Positions 38,860-49,635 of a stretch of DNA of 64,000 bases are shown here, piece after piece. The first letter of the stretch is position 1; each line of letters opens with the position of its first letter. A program made the position numbers and the translations under genes. Source of the stretch: Azolla caroliniana (taxonomy: Eukaryota; Plantae; Polypodiophyta); contig JBHGNT010000009.1 of NCBI GenBank assembly GCA_043228905.1, positions 17,050,001 to 17,114,000 of the forward strand, in the 5' to 3' direction. The notes below the pieces were generated by a model. The model worked only from the letters and a program-made list of their open reading frames with translations. It did not search any database and was not told the DNA's origin.

Positions 38860-41800
38860 TGTAAGGAATAGGCCCTTCTCTCCACCTTCTTATCTCGGCC
38901 ACAACCGATTAATCGCGGATCAATGGAGCAGAAAATAGGAAACACACGTAGAAACAAAACGAAGAAACGCGAGTACACAAGGATTAACGTGGAAAACCCT
39001 AAACGGGGAAAAACCACGGGAGTACAAGACTCCAAACAACACTATACAGAGAAGTATACAATGACGAGCTCCAAGGCGACGACCTTGAGCTCGCTGTCCT
39101 CGCCACAGGCGGCGGAAATACACAGAGGCGTCTACCTCTTTCTCTTCGCGCTCTCTCTCTTTCTCTCTCACACGGCTGCTCTCTCTTCACTCCTCTAAAG
39201 TGGAAAAACAGAAAAATGAGAAGCAACAGAAAAACTGTTTGCCCTAAGTCATATTTATACTTATATGACTTTGGGCTATTTACAACTATAGCCTCAGGGG
39301 GCTCGTAGCGAACATATTCACGGATATGTCCCTGCATCCGGATCGCTCTCCGGGTACATTCGTCATCCGGCACCGAAGCCGGGGTCTTCGTCATCCGGAT
39401 CCGAAACCGAAACCGGGCTTGTCGGCATTCATCTCCGATATCCGACCATCCCATCCGAAAGGGACCGAAATCCCAACAAACTCCCCCTTCACTTCGGCAT
39501 GGGATGTCTTTCCAATCCGATCCTCTTCCGGCATGCTTCCAGCTTGTCGGGTGTGAGCACCTTGGTCAGCATATCCGACCCGTTCTCGTCGGTGTGGATC
39601 TTCGTCAGCACGAACTCCTTGTCTTCTATCCTTTCCCGGATCCAGTGATATCTTCGCTGGATGTGCTTCGTCCGGGAGTGATAGGCTGCGTTCTTCGCAA
39701 GGTGGATGGCACTCTGACTATCGCAGTAGAGTCGGTACTCCTCTTGCCGGATACCGAGCTCTCTAATGAAGTCCTTCATCCATATTATTTCCTTGCCGGC
39801 TTCAACAGCCGCCATGTACTCCGCCTCCGTGGTTGACAACGCAACCGTCTTCTGCAGCCTCGACTGCCACGAAACAGCTCCCCCTGCATACGTCATCACA
39901 TACCCTGATGTGGACCGGCTGGTATCTGCATCAGCCGACATATCAGAATCAGTAAAGCCTTCGAGTTCGGGCTTACCGGAACCGAAACGGAGGCACACGT
40001 TTGCCGTGCCCTTCAGGTATCGGAGTATCCACTTGACCGCGTTCCAGTGCTCTTTGCCGGGATTGCTCATGTACCGGCTCACCACTCCGACTGCATATCC
40101 TATGTCCGGTCTCGTACACACCATGGCGTACATCAAGCTCCCGACGGCTGAGGCATACGGCACTTCCATCATATCCTCCTTTTCAGCCTTTGTCTTGGGA
40201 CTTTGCTTGCTGGTCAGCTTGCAGTTTGCCGGGAGGGTCGATCCGACCGGTCTTGCTTCCGACATGTTGAACCGTTGAAGCACCTTTGTCACGTACTTCT
40301 CCTGTGACAGCCACAACTGCTTCTTCTTCCGGTCCCGGATGATGTGCATCGCTAGTATTTGCCTCGCCGGACCCAGGTCCTTCATTGAGAAGGTTCGGTG
40401 AAGAGCCTTCTTCAGCATCCGTATCTTGACCTGGTCCCGTCCGACGATCAACATGTCGTCCACGTACAGGAGGAGTATTAGGAAGTCTCCTCCTTCAAAC
40501 TTCTTCACAAACACGCAGTGGTCGGACTGCGTTTTGAGGTACCCTTCGTCGGTCATGAAGGAGTCGAACTTCCGGTACCATTGCCGGGGAGCCTGCTTCA
40601 GTCCGTAAAGGCTCTTCTTCAACCGGCATACCAGGTGCTCCTTCCCTTTCTTCTCGAATCCTTCCGGTTGCTGCATGTAGATTTCTTCTTCGAGGTCACC
40701 GTGAAGGAATGCTGTCTTCACGTCCATCTGTTCTACCTCGAGGTCCATGCTTGCCGCTATGCTCAGCACCGTCCGGATGGAGGTCATCTTCACTACCGGG
40801 GCAAATATCTCGTCGAAGTCGACGCCCTTCTTTTGCTGAAACCCCTTCACCACGATCCTGGCTTTGTATCTCGGGGGGTTTCCGGCATCTCCCGGTTTCA
40901 GCTTGAACACCCACTTGTTTCGAAGTGCCCGCTTTCCCTTCGGCAACTCCACAAGTTCATATGTGTGGTTCTCATGCAGGGAATCCATCTCGTCCTGCAT
41001 GGCACTCAACCACCTGCGGCTCTGGGTGTCATGCTTCGCTTCTTCAAAGCTCTCCGGCTCCCCCTCGTCGGTTAGCAGCACGTGCTCTGGTTCCGGAAAT
41101 CTCCGGGGGGCCCTTCTCTCTCTTAGAGGATATCTCCGTTCCGGAGCTTCGGTAACCGGTTCTTCCGATTCTTCTTCATCCGAGACCATTTCGGGATCGG
41201 GGCCGGTTCCGGTATCATTTTCATCTTCTTCGGCCGGTTCTGTGTCTTCACTGTCTTCGGCCGGATCCTCGAGTGCTAACCGGTCCCTTGCCGGTCGGGA
41301 CTGCTCCTCGTAGAGTTGATCCTCACCGGTCGACTTGGAGCTCTTCATCTTCTTCTCCGACTCCCAGTCGGCGAGCGTCTTGTTCTCCATGAAGATGATA
41401 TCACGACTCCGGAATATCTTCTTGTCGACCGGGTCCCATACTCGGTAGCCGAACTCGTCGTCGCCGTAACCGAGGAATATGCATGGCCGGGTCTTCGGAT
41501 CTAGCTTTCCTCTCCGGTCCTTTGCCACATGCACGTATGCGAGACACCCGAACACCTTCAGATGCCGGTAGGACACTTCCTTACCGGTCCACACTTTCTG
41601 CGGCGTGTCTCCGTCCAAAGGTACTGAGGGTGATCTGTTTATCACGTATGTCGCCGTCGACATTGCCTCAGCCCAAAACCCCTTGGGTAATTTCGCATGC
41701 GCCAGCATACTCCGGACCCGCTCCATTATGGTCCGGTTCATCCTCTCGGCCAGCCCGTTCAGTTCCGGCGTCTTCGGCACAGTAAACTCGAGCCGGATTC

Positions 41801-44210
41801 CCTTCGAGCGACAGTACTCCTGGAACTGCCCCCGGTATTCCCCTCCGTTATCCGCTCGTATCGCTTTCAGCTTCTTGCCGGATTCCCTTTCCACTCTCGC
41901 GTGGAGTTCTTTGAAGACGGACAACACTTGGTCCTTTGTCTTCAACGGTGCCGTCCACAGCTTCCGGCTGTGATCATCAATGAATGTCACGAAGTACTGG
42001 GCTCCGCCATGTGACTTCGTTTCTACCTGACACACATCAGTGTGCACCAACTCCAATGGTGCGCTACGTCTCGTCGGTGGCCTTGAGTGGAAGGAGGTTC
42101 GGTTCTGCTTACCGGCCAGGCAATCGGTGCACTTCTCCAGGTGCACGTGCTTCACTGGGATGAGGTTGTCTTCTGCAAGCCTCTTCATCCCCTTCTCACT
42201 CATGTGGCACAGTCTTTTGTGCCACAGCTCACCGGCAGTGTCGGCTGCCACATTCAGCTCTTCCGGACATAACCGGGCATTCATCAGGTACAGTGTGTTG
42301 ACCTTCCGGGCCCGAACCACTATCAAGCTCCCCTTGCTGAACTTCATGACACCGTTCCGGATGCTACCCGTGTAGCCTTCATCATCTAGCCTCCCGGCCG
42401 AAATCAGGTTCAATCGGACCTCCGGAACGTGTCGGACATCTTTCAGCAGCATTTTGCATCCGGTCGGGGTTGTCAACCACACGTCTCCTATGCCGGCAAT
42501 CCGGCACGTACCTTCATTTCCCATCCGAACACAGCCATGCTCGCCGGCTGTGTAGGATGAGAAGTATCTTCTCTCCGGGGTCAGGTGGAACGATGCTCCG
42601 GAATCGACCACCCAGGTCGTCTCATCGCCGGCAACGTTTAGCTCACCTTCTTCGGTGATGAGCATGATTTCTTCCTCACTTGCCGCGAGTGCCGTTGTTC
42701 CTTTCCGGTCTTGCCCTCGCCGATCCGAACCTCTCCGGTCCGTGGCTCCCCGGTATGCACCGTTTCTCTCCGGTGACTTCTTCGAGTCGGTGTCGTCGGC
42801 TCCGTTGTCTTTTCGGTAATGCCGACAATTCTTTCGGAAGTGCCCCGGCTTCCCACAGTGGAAGCATGTGGGCCTTCCTCTTGACTGCGACCGGGTCCCC
42901 GACTTCTCCCGTCTTTGCGGACTCCGGTTCCATTGTCTTCCCCGATCCGATTCGGTAAACAGCATCTTCGGGTCGGAGGCCGGTTCCTTATCTCTCCGAC
43001 GCGCTTCTTCATTCAGAATACTTGTCTTTACAGTTTGTAAGGACAAGTTATCTTCGGTGCACGAGGTGCTGAGAGTCACCACCAAGTTCTCCCAGCTTTC
43101 CGGCAATGTACACATCAGGATGATGGCTTGCATTGCATCCTCCAACGGGAACTTGATCGCCGCAAGCTGGTTCACGAATCCCATGAACGTGCTTACGTGT
43201 TCCACCATACTCTCGCCGTCCCGATACTTGAGATTCACAATCTTCCTCATCAGGGAGGTCCGGTTCAACGCATTCTTCCTCTCATAGAGGCCAGACAGCT
43301 TCTTCCACATCTCGTATGCGTTGGTGTCGTTCGCCACATGTTGCAGGACGCTTACGTCGACATATTGTCGGATCGTCGCTACGGCTTTCCGGTTCAGGAG
43401 CTTCCACTCCGACTCAAGTACCCCCTTCGGTATTTCCGACCTGTCAATCGGTTCGTACACGTCCCGAACAATCAGAAGATCCTCCATCTTGATCTTCCAG
43501 TCGGCGTAATTCTGTGCATTCAGCACCATCATCATCGGCTGCCCGCTGCCGCCGCCTTCCATTTTCTGCAACAGTCGCTCTGATACCAGTTTGTAAGGAA
43601 TAGGCCCTTCTCTCCACCTTCTTATCTCGGCCACAACCGATTAATCGCGGATCAATGGAGCAGAAAATAGGAAACACACGTAGAAACAAAACGAAGAAAC
43701 GCGAGTACACAAGGATTAACGTGGAAAACCCTAAACGGGGAAAAACCACGGGAGTACAAGACTCCAAACAACACTATACAGAGAAGTATACAATGACGAG
43801 CTCCAAGGCGACGACCTTGAGCTCGCTGTCCTCGCCACAGGCGGCGGAAATACACAGAGGCGTCTACCTCTTTCTCTTCGCGCTCTCTCTCTTTCTCTCT
43901 CACACGGCTGCTCTCTCTTCACTCCTCTAAAGTGGAAAAACAGAAAAATGAGAAGCAACAGAAAAACTGTTTGCCCTAAGTCATATTTATACTTATATGA
44001 CTTTGGGCTATTTACAACTATAGCCTCAGGGGGCTCGTAGCGAACATATTCACGGATATGTCCCTGCATCCGGATCGCTCTCCGGGTACATTCGTCATCC
44101 GGCACCGAAGCCGGGGTCTTCGTCATCCGGATCCGAAACCGAAACCGGGCTTGTCGGCATTCATCTCCGATATCCGACCATCCCATCCGAAAGGGACCGA
44201 AATCCCAACA
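38860..44210 (-). mobile_element. Intact full-length Tork/Tnt1-like Copia retrotransposon
   Basis: 619-bp LTRs at 38860-39478 and 43592-44210 appear identical; TSD TGTTC; iMet PBS 43577-43588; PPT next to 39478; single open gag-pol. Confidence 0.97.
39489..43562 (-). CDS. Copia gag-pol polyprotein (1357 aa from MEGGG)
   Basis: CFHCGKPGHFRKNC, VVDSGAS, HHCC and DDE integrase, YVDD RT, RNase H ending GSDMLTK. Confidence 0.95.
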   Translation of the reverse strand: MEGGGSGQPMMMVLNAQNYADWKIKMEDLLIVRDVYEPIDRSEIPKGVLESEWKLLNRKAVATIRQYVDVSVLQHVANDTNAYEMWKKLSGLYERKNALNRTSLMRKIVNLKYRDGESMVEHVSTFMGFVNQLAAIKFPLEDAMQAIILMCTLPESWENLVVTLSTSCTEDNLSLQTVKTSILNEEARRRDKEPASDPKMLFTESDRGRQWNRSPQRREKSGTRSQSRGRPTCFHCGKPGHFRKNCRHYRKDNGADDTDSKKSPERNGAYRGATDRRGSDRRGQDRKGTTALAASEEEIMLITEEGELNVAGDETTWVVDSGASFHLTPERRYFSSYTAGEHGCVRMGNEGTCRIAGIGDVWLTTPTGCKMLLKDVRHVPEVRLNLISAGRLDDEGYTGSIRNGVMKFSKGSLIVVRARKVNTLYLMNARLCPEELNVAADTAGELWHKRLCHMSEKGMKRLAEDNLIPVKHVHLEKCTDCLAGKQNRTSFHSRPPTRRSAPLELVHTDVCQVETKSHGGAQYFVTFIDDHSRKLWTAPLKTKDQVLSVFKELHARVERESGKKLKAIRADNGGEYRGQFQEYCRSKGIRLEFTVPKTPELNGLAERMNRTIMERVRSMLAHAKLPKGFWAEAMSTATYVINRSPSVPLDGDTPQKVWTGKEVSYRHLKVFGCLAYVHVAKDRRGKLDPKTRPCIFLGYGDDEFGYRVWDPVDKKIFRSRDIIFMENKTLADWESEKKMKSSKSTGEDQLYEEQSRPARDRLALEDPAEDSEDTEPAEEDENDTGTGPDPEMVSDEEESEEPVTEAPERRYPLRERRAPRRFPEPEHVLLTDEGEPESFEEAKHDTQSRRWLSAMQDEMDSLHENHTYELVELPKGKRALRNKWVFKLKPGDAGNPPRYKARIVVKGFQQKKGVDFDEIFAPVVKMTSIRTVLSIAASMDLEVEQMDVKTAFLHGDLEEEIYMQQPEGFEKKGKEHLVCRLKKSLYGLKQAPRQWYRKFDSFMTDEGYLKTQSDHCVFVKKFEGGDFLILLLYVDDMLIVGRDQVKIRMLKKALHRTFSMKDLGPARQILAMHIIRDRKKKQLWLSQEKYVTKVLQRFNMSEARPVGSTLPANCKLTSKQSPKTKAEKEDMMEVPYASAVGSLMYAMVCTRPDIGYAVGVVSRYMSNPGKEHWNAVKWILRYLKGTANVCLRFGSGKPELEGFTDSDMSADADTSRSTSGYVMTYAGGAVSWQSRLQKTVALSTTEAEYMAAVEAGKEIIWMKDFIRELGIRQEEYRLYCDSQSAIHLAKNAAYHSRTKHIQRRYHWIRERIEDKEFVLTKIHTDENGSDMLTKVLTPDKLEACRKRIGLERHPMPK

Positions 44211-46852
44211 TGTTCGGTCATGAGTTCTGCCGGCATGTAACCGGTTACGGAGCTATGCGTCATCCGATCCGCCCATAGTGCATACGGAAGCATTTGCGGC
44301 CAGTCCTTCACCTTTCCATCGCATGCCTTCGCAAGTGCTTTCACGATTGGACTATGTCCACGTTCGATTTTCCCGTTGGCCTCCGGATTGTATGCCGTTG
44401 TCAGCGATAACCGAACTCCGTGTTTGGCGAAGAATTCCCTAGCTTTGTCCGAGTCGAGTTCACCCCGGTCCGCAATCACTTGTCCTACGCACCCGTACCT
44501 GCAAAATACTTCCTCCAAAAGAAATTGGCATACCGCGGAACACGTTTTCCTCTAAAGCGCTCGACCTTCTACTTGATTCTTGAGATCTTCCCGAGCTAAT
44601 ACCAAGTATTTCTTTTGTCCGATCCCGGTCGGCATGGCCACTATGTCGACCATCCACTTGAAGTTGATTGTCGGTGAGAATGTCGGATGTAACTTATCTC
44701 GATGTCAAACCCCGGAGTAGACTTGACATTTCTTGCAGCTTTCCGTGAACTCTGCGACATCTTTGTACATTTTCTTCCACCAATATTTTTGCTTGATCTT
44801 CACAAATGTTGCCCATGTTCCTCGGTGTCCAGCCCAATCGGATTCATGAAACTCAGACTTTATCTGGTTTCGTTGCTCTTTTGTCCCGACTACTCGAAGT
44901 GGTATACCATCCAGTCTTTTCGGCACCCTCCATATTAATCCGTTTTCCAAGAAGAACTTTTGGACTTGCCTCTTCTTCCTTCGGATCTCGGCTCTTCTTC
45001 CTTTATCGTTTGTTGAATCCTCGGCCTCTTGTAACATCTTTCCGATCATCAAGCTTTCTCCCTCGTATTCTTCTTCCCGGAATTCTCGGATTACGTTCAC
45101 TCGGCATATGTGCTCCGACGCGAAGTAGTCTTCGGAAACTTCTTCATTATCCGATTCGGTTATGTCATCTCCGAACCGAGCCCTTGATAACATATCCGCT
45201 ACCGCGTTGTCCTTCCCCGAGATGTGTGGAACCTCCGGATTAAGCGACTTGACATATGCAACCCACCTTAGCATAGCTACATCCAGTATCGTACAACACC
45301 GCATCATCCCGAGTATCGGAAGACAATCCGTCTCGATCACCACTTCGGCTCCAATCAAATAATCCCGATCCGATTTTATCGCCGACATGACTCCCCACAG
45401 TTCTCTTTTGACTTGTGCATATCCACGTTGCCTTTCGTTGAGAACCTTTGCTCCGAATCGGATCGGATATCGCGAACCATCCGAGTCGGCTTGATTGATG
45501 ACCCACCCGATACCGGTTGGACTTGTATCAACCGTTACTATGATCGGTCGGTTGTAGCTCGGCTTCTTAAGTGCTTCCGCCCTCCGAAGTGTCTTCTTCA
45601 ATTTCTTCATGGCTTTGGTGTGTTCCGGTTTCCATTCGAATTTCTTACCTTTCCGCAACAAGTGGTAGAGCGGGTCCGCTATATGTGCATAGTGCGGAAT
45701 CCATATGTGATAGAATGCACATGCACCGAGAAACCTTCGGACTTCCGATGTTGACTCGCATACTTCCTCCATAGCTTGAATCGCATCGATCTTTGTTGGT
45801 GATGGTCTTCGGCCGTAAGGCCTACATAGATGTCCGACCACCAATATTTCTTCTTGCCCGAATGCCGATTTCTCCCCGGAAAGTGTTAGGTGCACATCTT
45901 CTAGCTTTCGCAACATTTTCTCGCAATCATGAATATGGTCGACCACGAACTTTCGGCATCCCCGATCATCCATAGTCTCATCTTTTTCTTCTACCGCGCA
46001 TCCTTTCATCAGAATGTCATCGAGGAACGGCATCGTCATCTCCGGAATGCAGTCTCGAAGCACCTTGTTCATCGCGTTCATCATATGAGCAACCGAGTTT
46101 GTCGCTCCTTGTGGTAGTGTGCACATTCGGACTAATCCTATCGGTGTTCGCATGGTTGTGATGTCTCGGCTCTCCACGGCTAGTTGGAATTGGTCATACC
46201 CCGAGTATAGGTCTCCGATGGAGTATCTCGCACGACCAGCAAAAGCCTCCGCAAATTCGTCCACTATCGGACCGACTCCCGAGTTCCAGATCGTGACCTT
46301 ATTCACCGGCTGCAAGTTTTGGATAAATCGGAGTGACCCATTCTTCTTCGGAACTGTAAACCATCAATTTGAGTACGGAGCAGTTGATGGCTCTAGAATC
46401 CCCATCGCCACCTTCTCCTTGAGCAAGTCAATGACTTTCGGAATATGCGCTCGTGGCACCGGAATCGGCTTTAGTGGGTAGTGGTCCCGCGACCGGTTTC
46501 ACCTTCTTCTCCACGGTCTTGTATTTCGTACTTACCATTGCTTCTTCTTTGCGGAGCGTATCCGGCTCCATTTTCGCAATGATCTCGTACATCTCGACCG
46601 ATTCCACCTGGACTACCCGGTTCCCTTGGCTTTTATCTTCCGCAAGCTCTTCAAGTCGTTGTAGCGTGCTCCTATAGAACACTTCTTCGACTATCCCCAT
46701 GATTTCTTCATCTTCTTTTATTATTGATGACGACCGCAACTTATCCTCCACTTGTCGGTATCCTTTCTTCAAACCTCCGGTTACGGTCGTGTACGTAGAT
46801 GCCCCATCCGGACCGATTCGTACATGTTTTGCTCCCATAGTTTTCTTCCTGT

Positions 46853-46916
46853 GTGGGGTATCAAGCCTTCTCGGACTATCACTTCCCCACTCCGCAACAG
46901 TCCGCTTTAAAAATCC
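46853..46916 (-). promoter_or_regulatory. Putative -1 ribosomal frameshift signal (G_GAU_UUU + H-type pseudoknot)
   Basis: Heptamer immediately before the gag-PR stop; the -1 frame is open into pol; stems CGGACTGTT/GATAGTCCG and GTGGGG/CCCCAC. Confidence 0.7.
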
Positions 46917-48990
46917 ATTCTCACTTGGGACAAGAGTTCCCTCTTGTTCCTTTCGTGATTTGCTGGCACCGTTAGGAATTGGACGGATTTCCCACCATTT
47001 TGGCTCCGAATTCGCGCAAAAGCCGCACCACTATCGTGCACCTTCGTCTCCATCCGTGATGCCGTGATAAAGGGTTGGCTGAGGATGACGGAATGTGAAA
47101 CCTCATCTTGCACGAAGAAATTTTGGTCAATCTCGACATCCCCGATCTTCACCGTCACATCCGGACAAGCCGCAAATAGATCTTCCGTTGCTTTGGTGGC
47201 GGCCCGAATCTTCCATCCATGGTTGGTGTTAATAGGCCACTTCCCCTTCCGGTAGAACTCCTTGGACATAAAGTTGATCTCCAATCCGTGATCAATCAAT
47301 GCTAGCACGGGTTCTTTGATGTTGCCGATTCGGACTGGAGTCTCCGTAGTCGCATGTGCCCAATGTGGCCTTGTATAGTGGGAGTTCGGAATTTCGTCCT
47401 CCACTTTGGTGTCATTCATTAAAACGGTGTTCGCATTCACCCTTGGAGCATTTTCCTCCATACTTTGTCTTTTTCGCTTCACGAGATCCACGAGAAGATC
47501 GTGGAACTCCTTCTTTGCTATTTCGAGTAGCTCCCGAAGCGAGAAATCTACCCGGCTATCCAAGATTCTTTCCTCGAACACTCTTTTCAAGTCAGTTTGT
47601 TGTTCTATGTCCGAGGCGAGCTTGAATGCCGGAGTCGCCTTTTCTTTTCCCTTACCTCCGGAGTTCCAGCTTTCCGGTATCTTCGATGGCCCAGCCGCAT
47701 CCTCCGTGCGTCGTCGTTTCTCGTCCACATACACCTTATGCAATTGACATAGGGCGTATACGCTATTCTTGTCGACAGGGCACTCCCATCCCGTAGCTTC
47801 CCGGACGCCTTCCGCGGTGCTTCGGATCTCGTTGGAGTCGGTTTTCTCGGTGTTTTCTACAACTTCCGGCCAAAAAGACATCTTTGCTCTCGATGCCTCC
47901 CCGACACATATTCCTGCGGTTGTCGCATAGTTGCTTCTTGCTGCCAATTCCTCCTCGAGCACCTTCTTCATGCCGCCTTTCCGGAAGTTCGGTCGAAGTG
48001 GTTTCCGAGAGTCCATTGAATGAATCCGGTTTCCCTCTTAGTAGATGAGATCCCGCCGTAGCGCCTCCTTATGCTCGTCGCAATCCCTCCGATCGTGTTC
48101 GGCGCTATCGCACCATATGCACCGTCGGTCCGTATACTTGGAGCTTGTGGGGCGGTCATCCGACTTCTTCACCATCGCGATCTTCAGATTCTCCATCTCA
48201 TTCAATAGTTGCTCCACCGTAGATGCATCAATCCCCTTCTCGGTTGTAGTCTCCCGAGCCCTCAGTTGATGGTCTTCCAATCCGGTTCTCGGTTTCGGAA
48301 TCGGTTCCGAAACCCTCTTTTCCTCGTTGGCAAGCCATTGCCCCCTCTTCGTGTATCGCGCGACCATATCCCGCACGCTTTCCCATGTTTCGGTGAGACC
48401 ACTCTCCGTGGTCGTGTCCTCCAAGAGCACTCCGAGATCTTTCCGGTCCCGGACATCCACGGCTCGCAAGAACATGATCACCTTGTCCGGTACAAGGATA
48501 GCTTGATCTCTCGCGGACAACCTCCCGAACCGGCTTTCGAATGCCGAAAACACATCAACGACCTTCAATCCCTTGTCCGGCGTCTCCACCCAATCTTCGA
48601 ATCCCCTTCGCGTCGCCTTGGAGGAATCCTCGATGGCGAATGTCCTCTTTAGCTCTTCTTCAAACGCCTCCCATGTCGGATTTTGTTGTCGTAGCTTATG
48701 GATGTTTGCTTGAAGCCCGTCGGTCGCCACCCAGTTGAAGGACGTCACTTGCAGTCCTTCCGATATTCCGCACCGTAGCATCTCCGCCTTGTAGTCCCGA
48801 AGATACCGCGACACGTCTTTCCCGTTGAATTTCCCGTTTCGTTGCACGAGCCGCTCCACTGATGCCGCTATCTCCGACATCGCGCATTGTTCTTGTAGCA
48901 TGCGCTCGAACATCATCATCATGTTGCTAGCCTCCGGTTGATTTTCCATCTCCTTGCCACCCGGTTTTCACGTCGGGTTCACCAAACCGC

Positions 48991-49635
48991 TGTCGCGAAG
49001 ATTCGCACGTGCGTGTGCTACTTGAGCGACCACCGGGGTCTTGGACTAGGGAGGATGTTTGCAGAATTATCGAAGAGATGACAATCAATGTAAGATTAGA
49101 TGAAATTGGTTTACTTGAGAAGAAGAAAGATAGTACACTTGAGAAGTAGAAAAATATGAAGAAGATAAAGAAAAATATAATTATATTGATGATAATGGTG
49201 TTGGTGATATCACATATTGAGCCCCACTTACACAAGCCCAACTAGAGGCTTTTATAGGTATTTCCATGTTTGTGACATGCACAAAACCATGGGCTAAAAC
49301 CATGGTTTTGTGCACACGGTTTTGCTTATGTCATGCACAAACCATGGGTTTAGAACCATGGTTTTGTGCACATGTTTTTCTAATGGTTGTTTCATCTATA
49401 ATTCACATATGAAAAGTAAATACATAAAATCTATACTATATGATAGTTTTCCTAGTGGTAAGGCAATTATCTTGTATCTTAGAGGTGCAAGGTTCAAACC
49501 TTGCTTGCACCCCTTTGTATAAACTCAAGTGCCACTAGGCGTTAGGTTTATTTGCTAAATGCATGTGCAATGTTGCACATCCTTGGTTTATTCGTCTCAC
49601 TCGGTTTCACACCATAGCCGAAAATCGTCACGACA
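48991..49635 (-). repeat. Beta-type LTR flanked by both a PPT and a PBS
   Basis: PPT TTTGGTGGGGGTGGA upstream, tRNA-Trp PBS downstream, TGTCG...CGACA ends. Confidence 0.85.
49444..49510 (+). promoter_or_regulatory. tRNA-like Pol III module in beta LTR, antisense
   Basis: CCTAGTGGTAAGG...GCAAGGTTCAAACCTTGC. Confidence 0.55.

Larger units (their letters stand above)
38415..49635 (-). mobile_element. tRNA-Trp-primed Gypsy, copy C (beta LTR, gag-PR, RT-RH-IN; no 3' LTR), interrupted by an intact Copia
   Basis: LTR 48991-49635; PBS 48968-48984; gag 48038-48949 and 46907-48016; RT/RH 44705-46315 (FLDD); IN 44123-44657 and 38415-38859. Confidence 0.92.

Noticed and set aside
43563-43634. Upstream extension of the 1381-aa ORF
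   Set aside because: It runs through the LTR and PBS; the likely start is the ATG at 43562
39504-44240. Antisense and LTR-internal ORFs in the intact Copia
   Set aside because: Shadow ORFs of GC-rich coding sequence with no motifs
46910-46916. Functional link between the UUU slippery codon and the tRNA-Phe array
   Set aside because: Nothing in the sequence supports it beyond co-location
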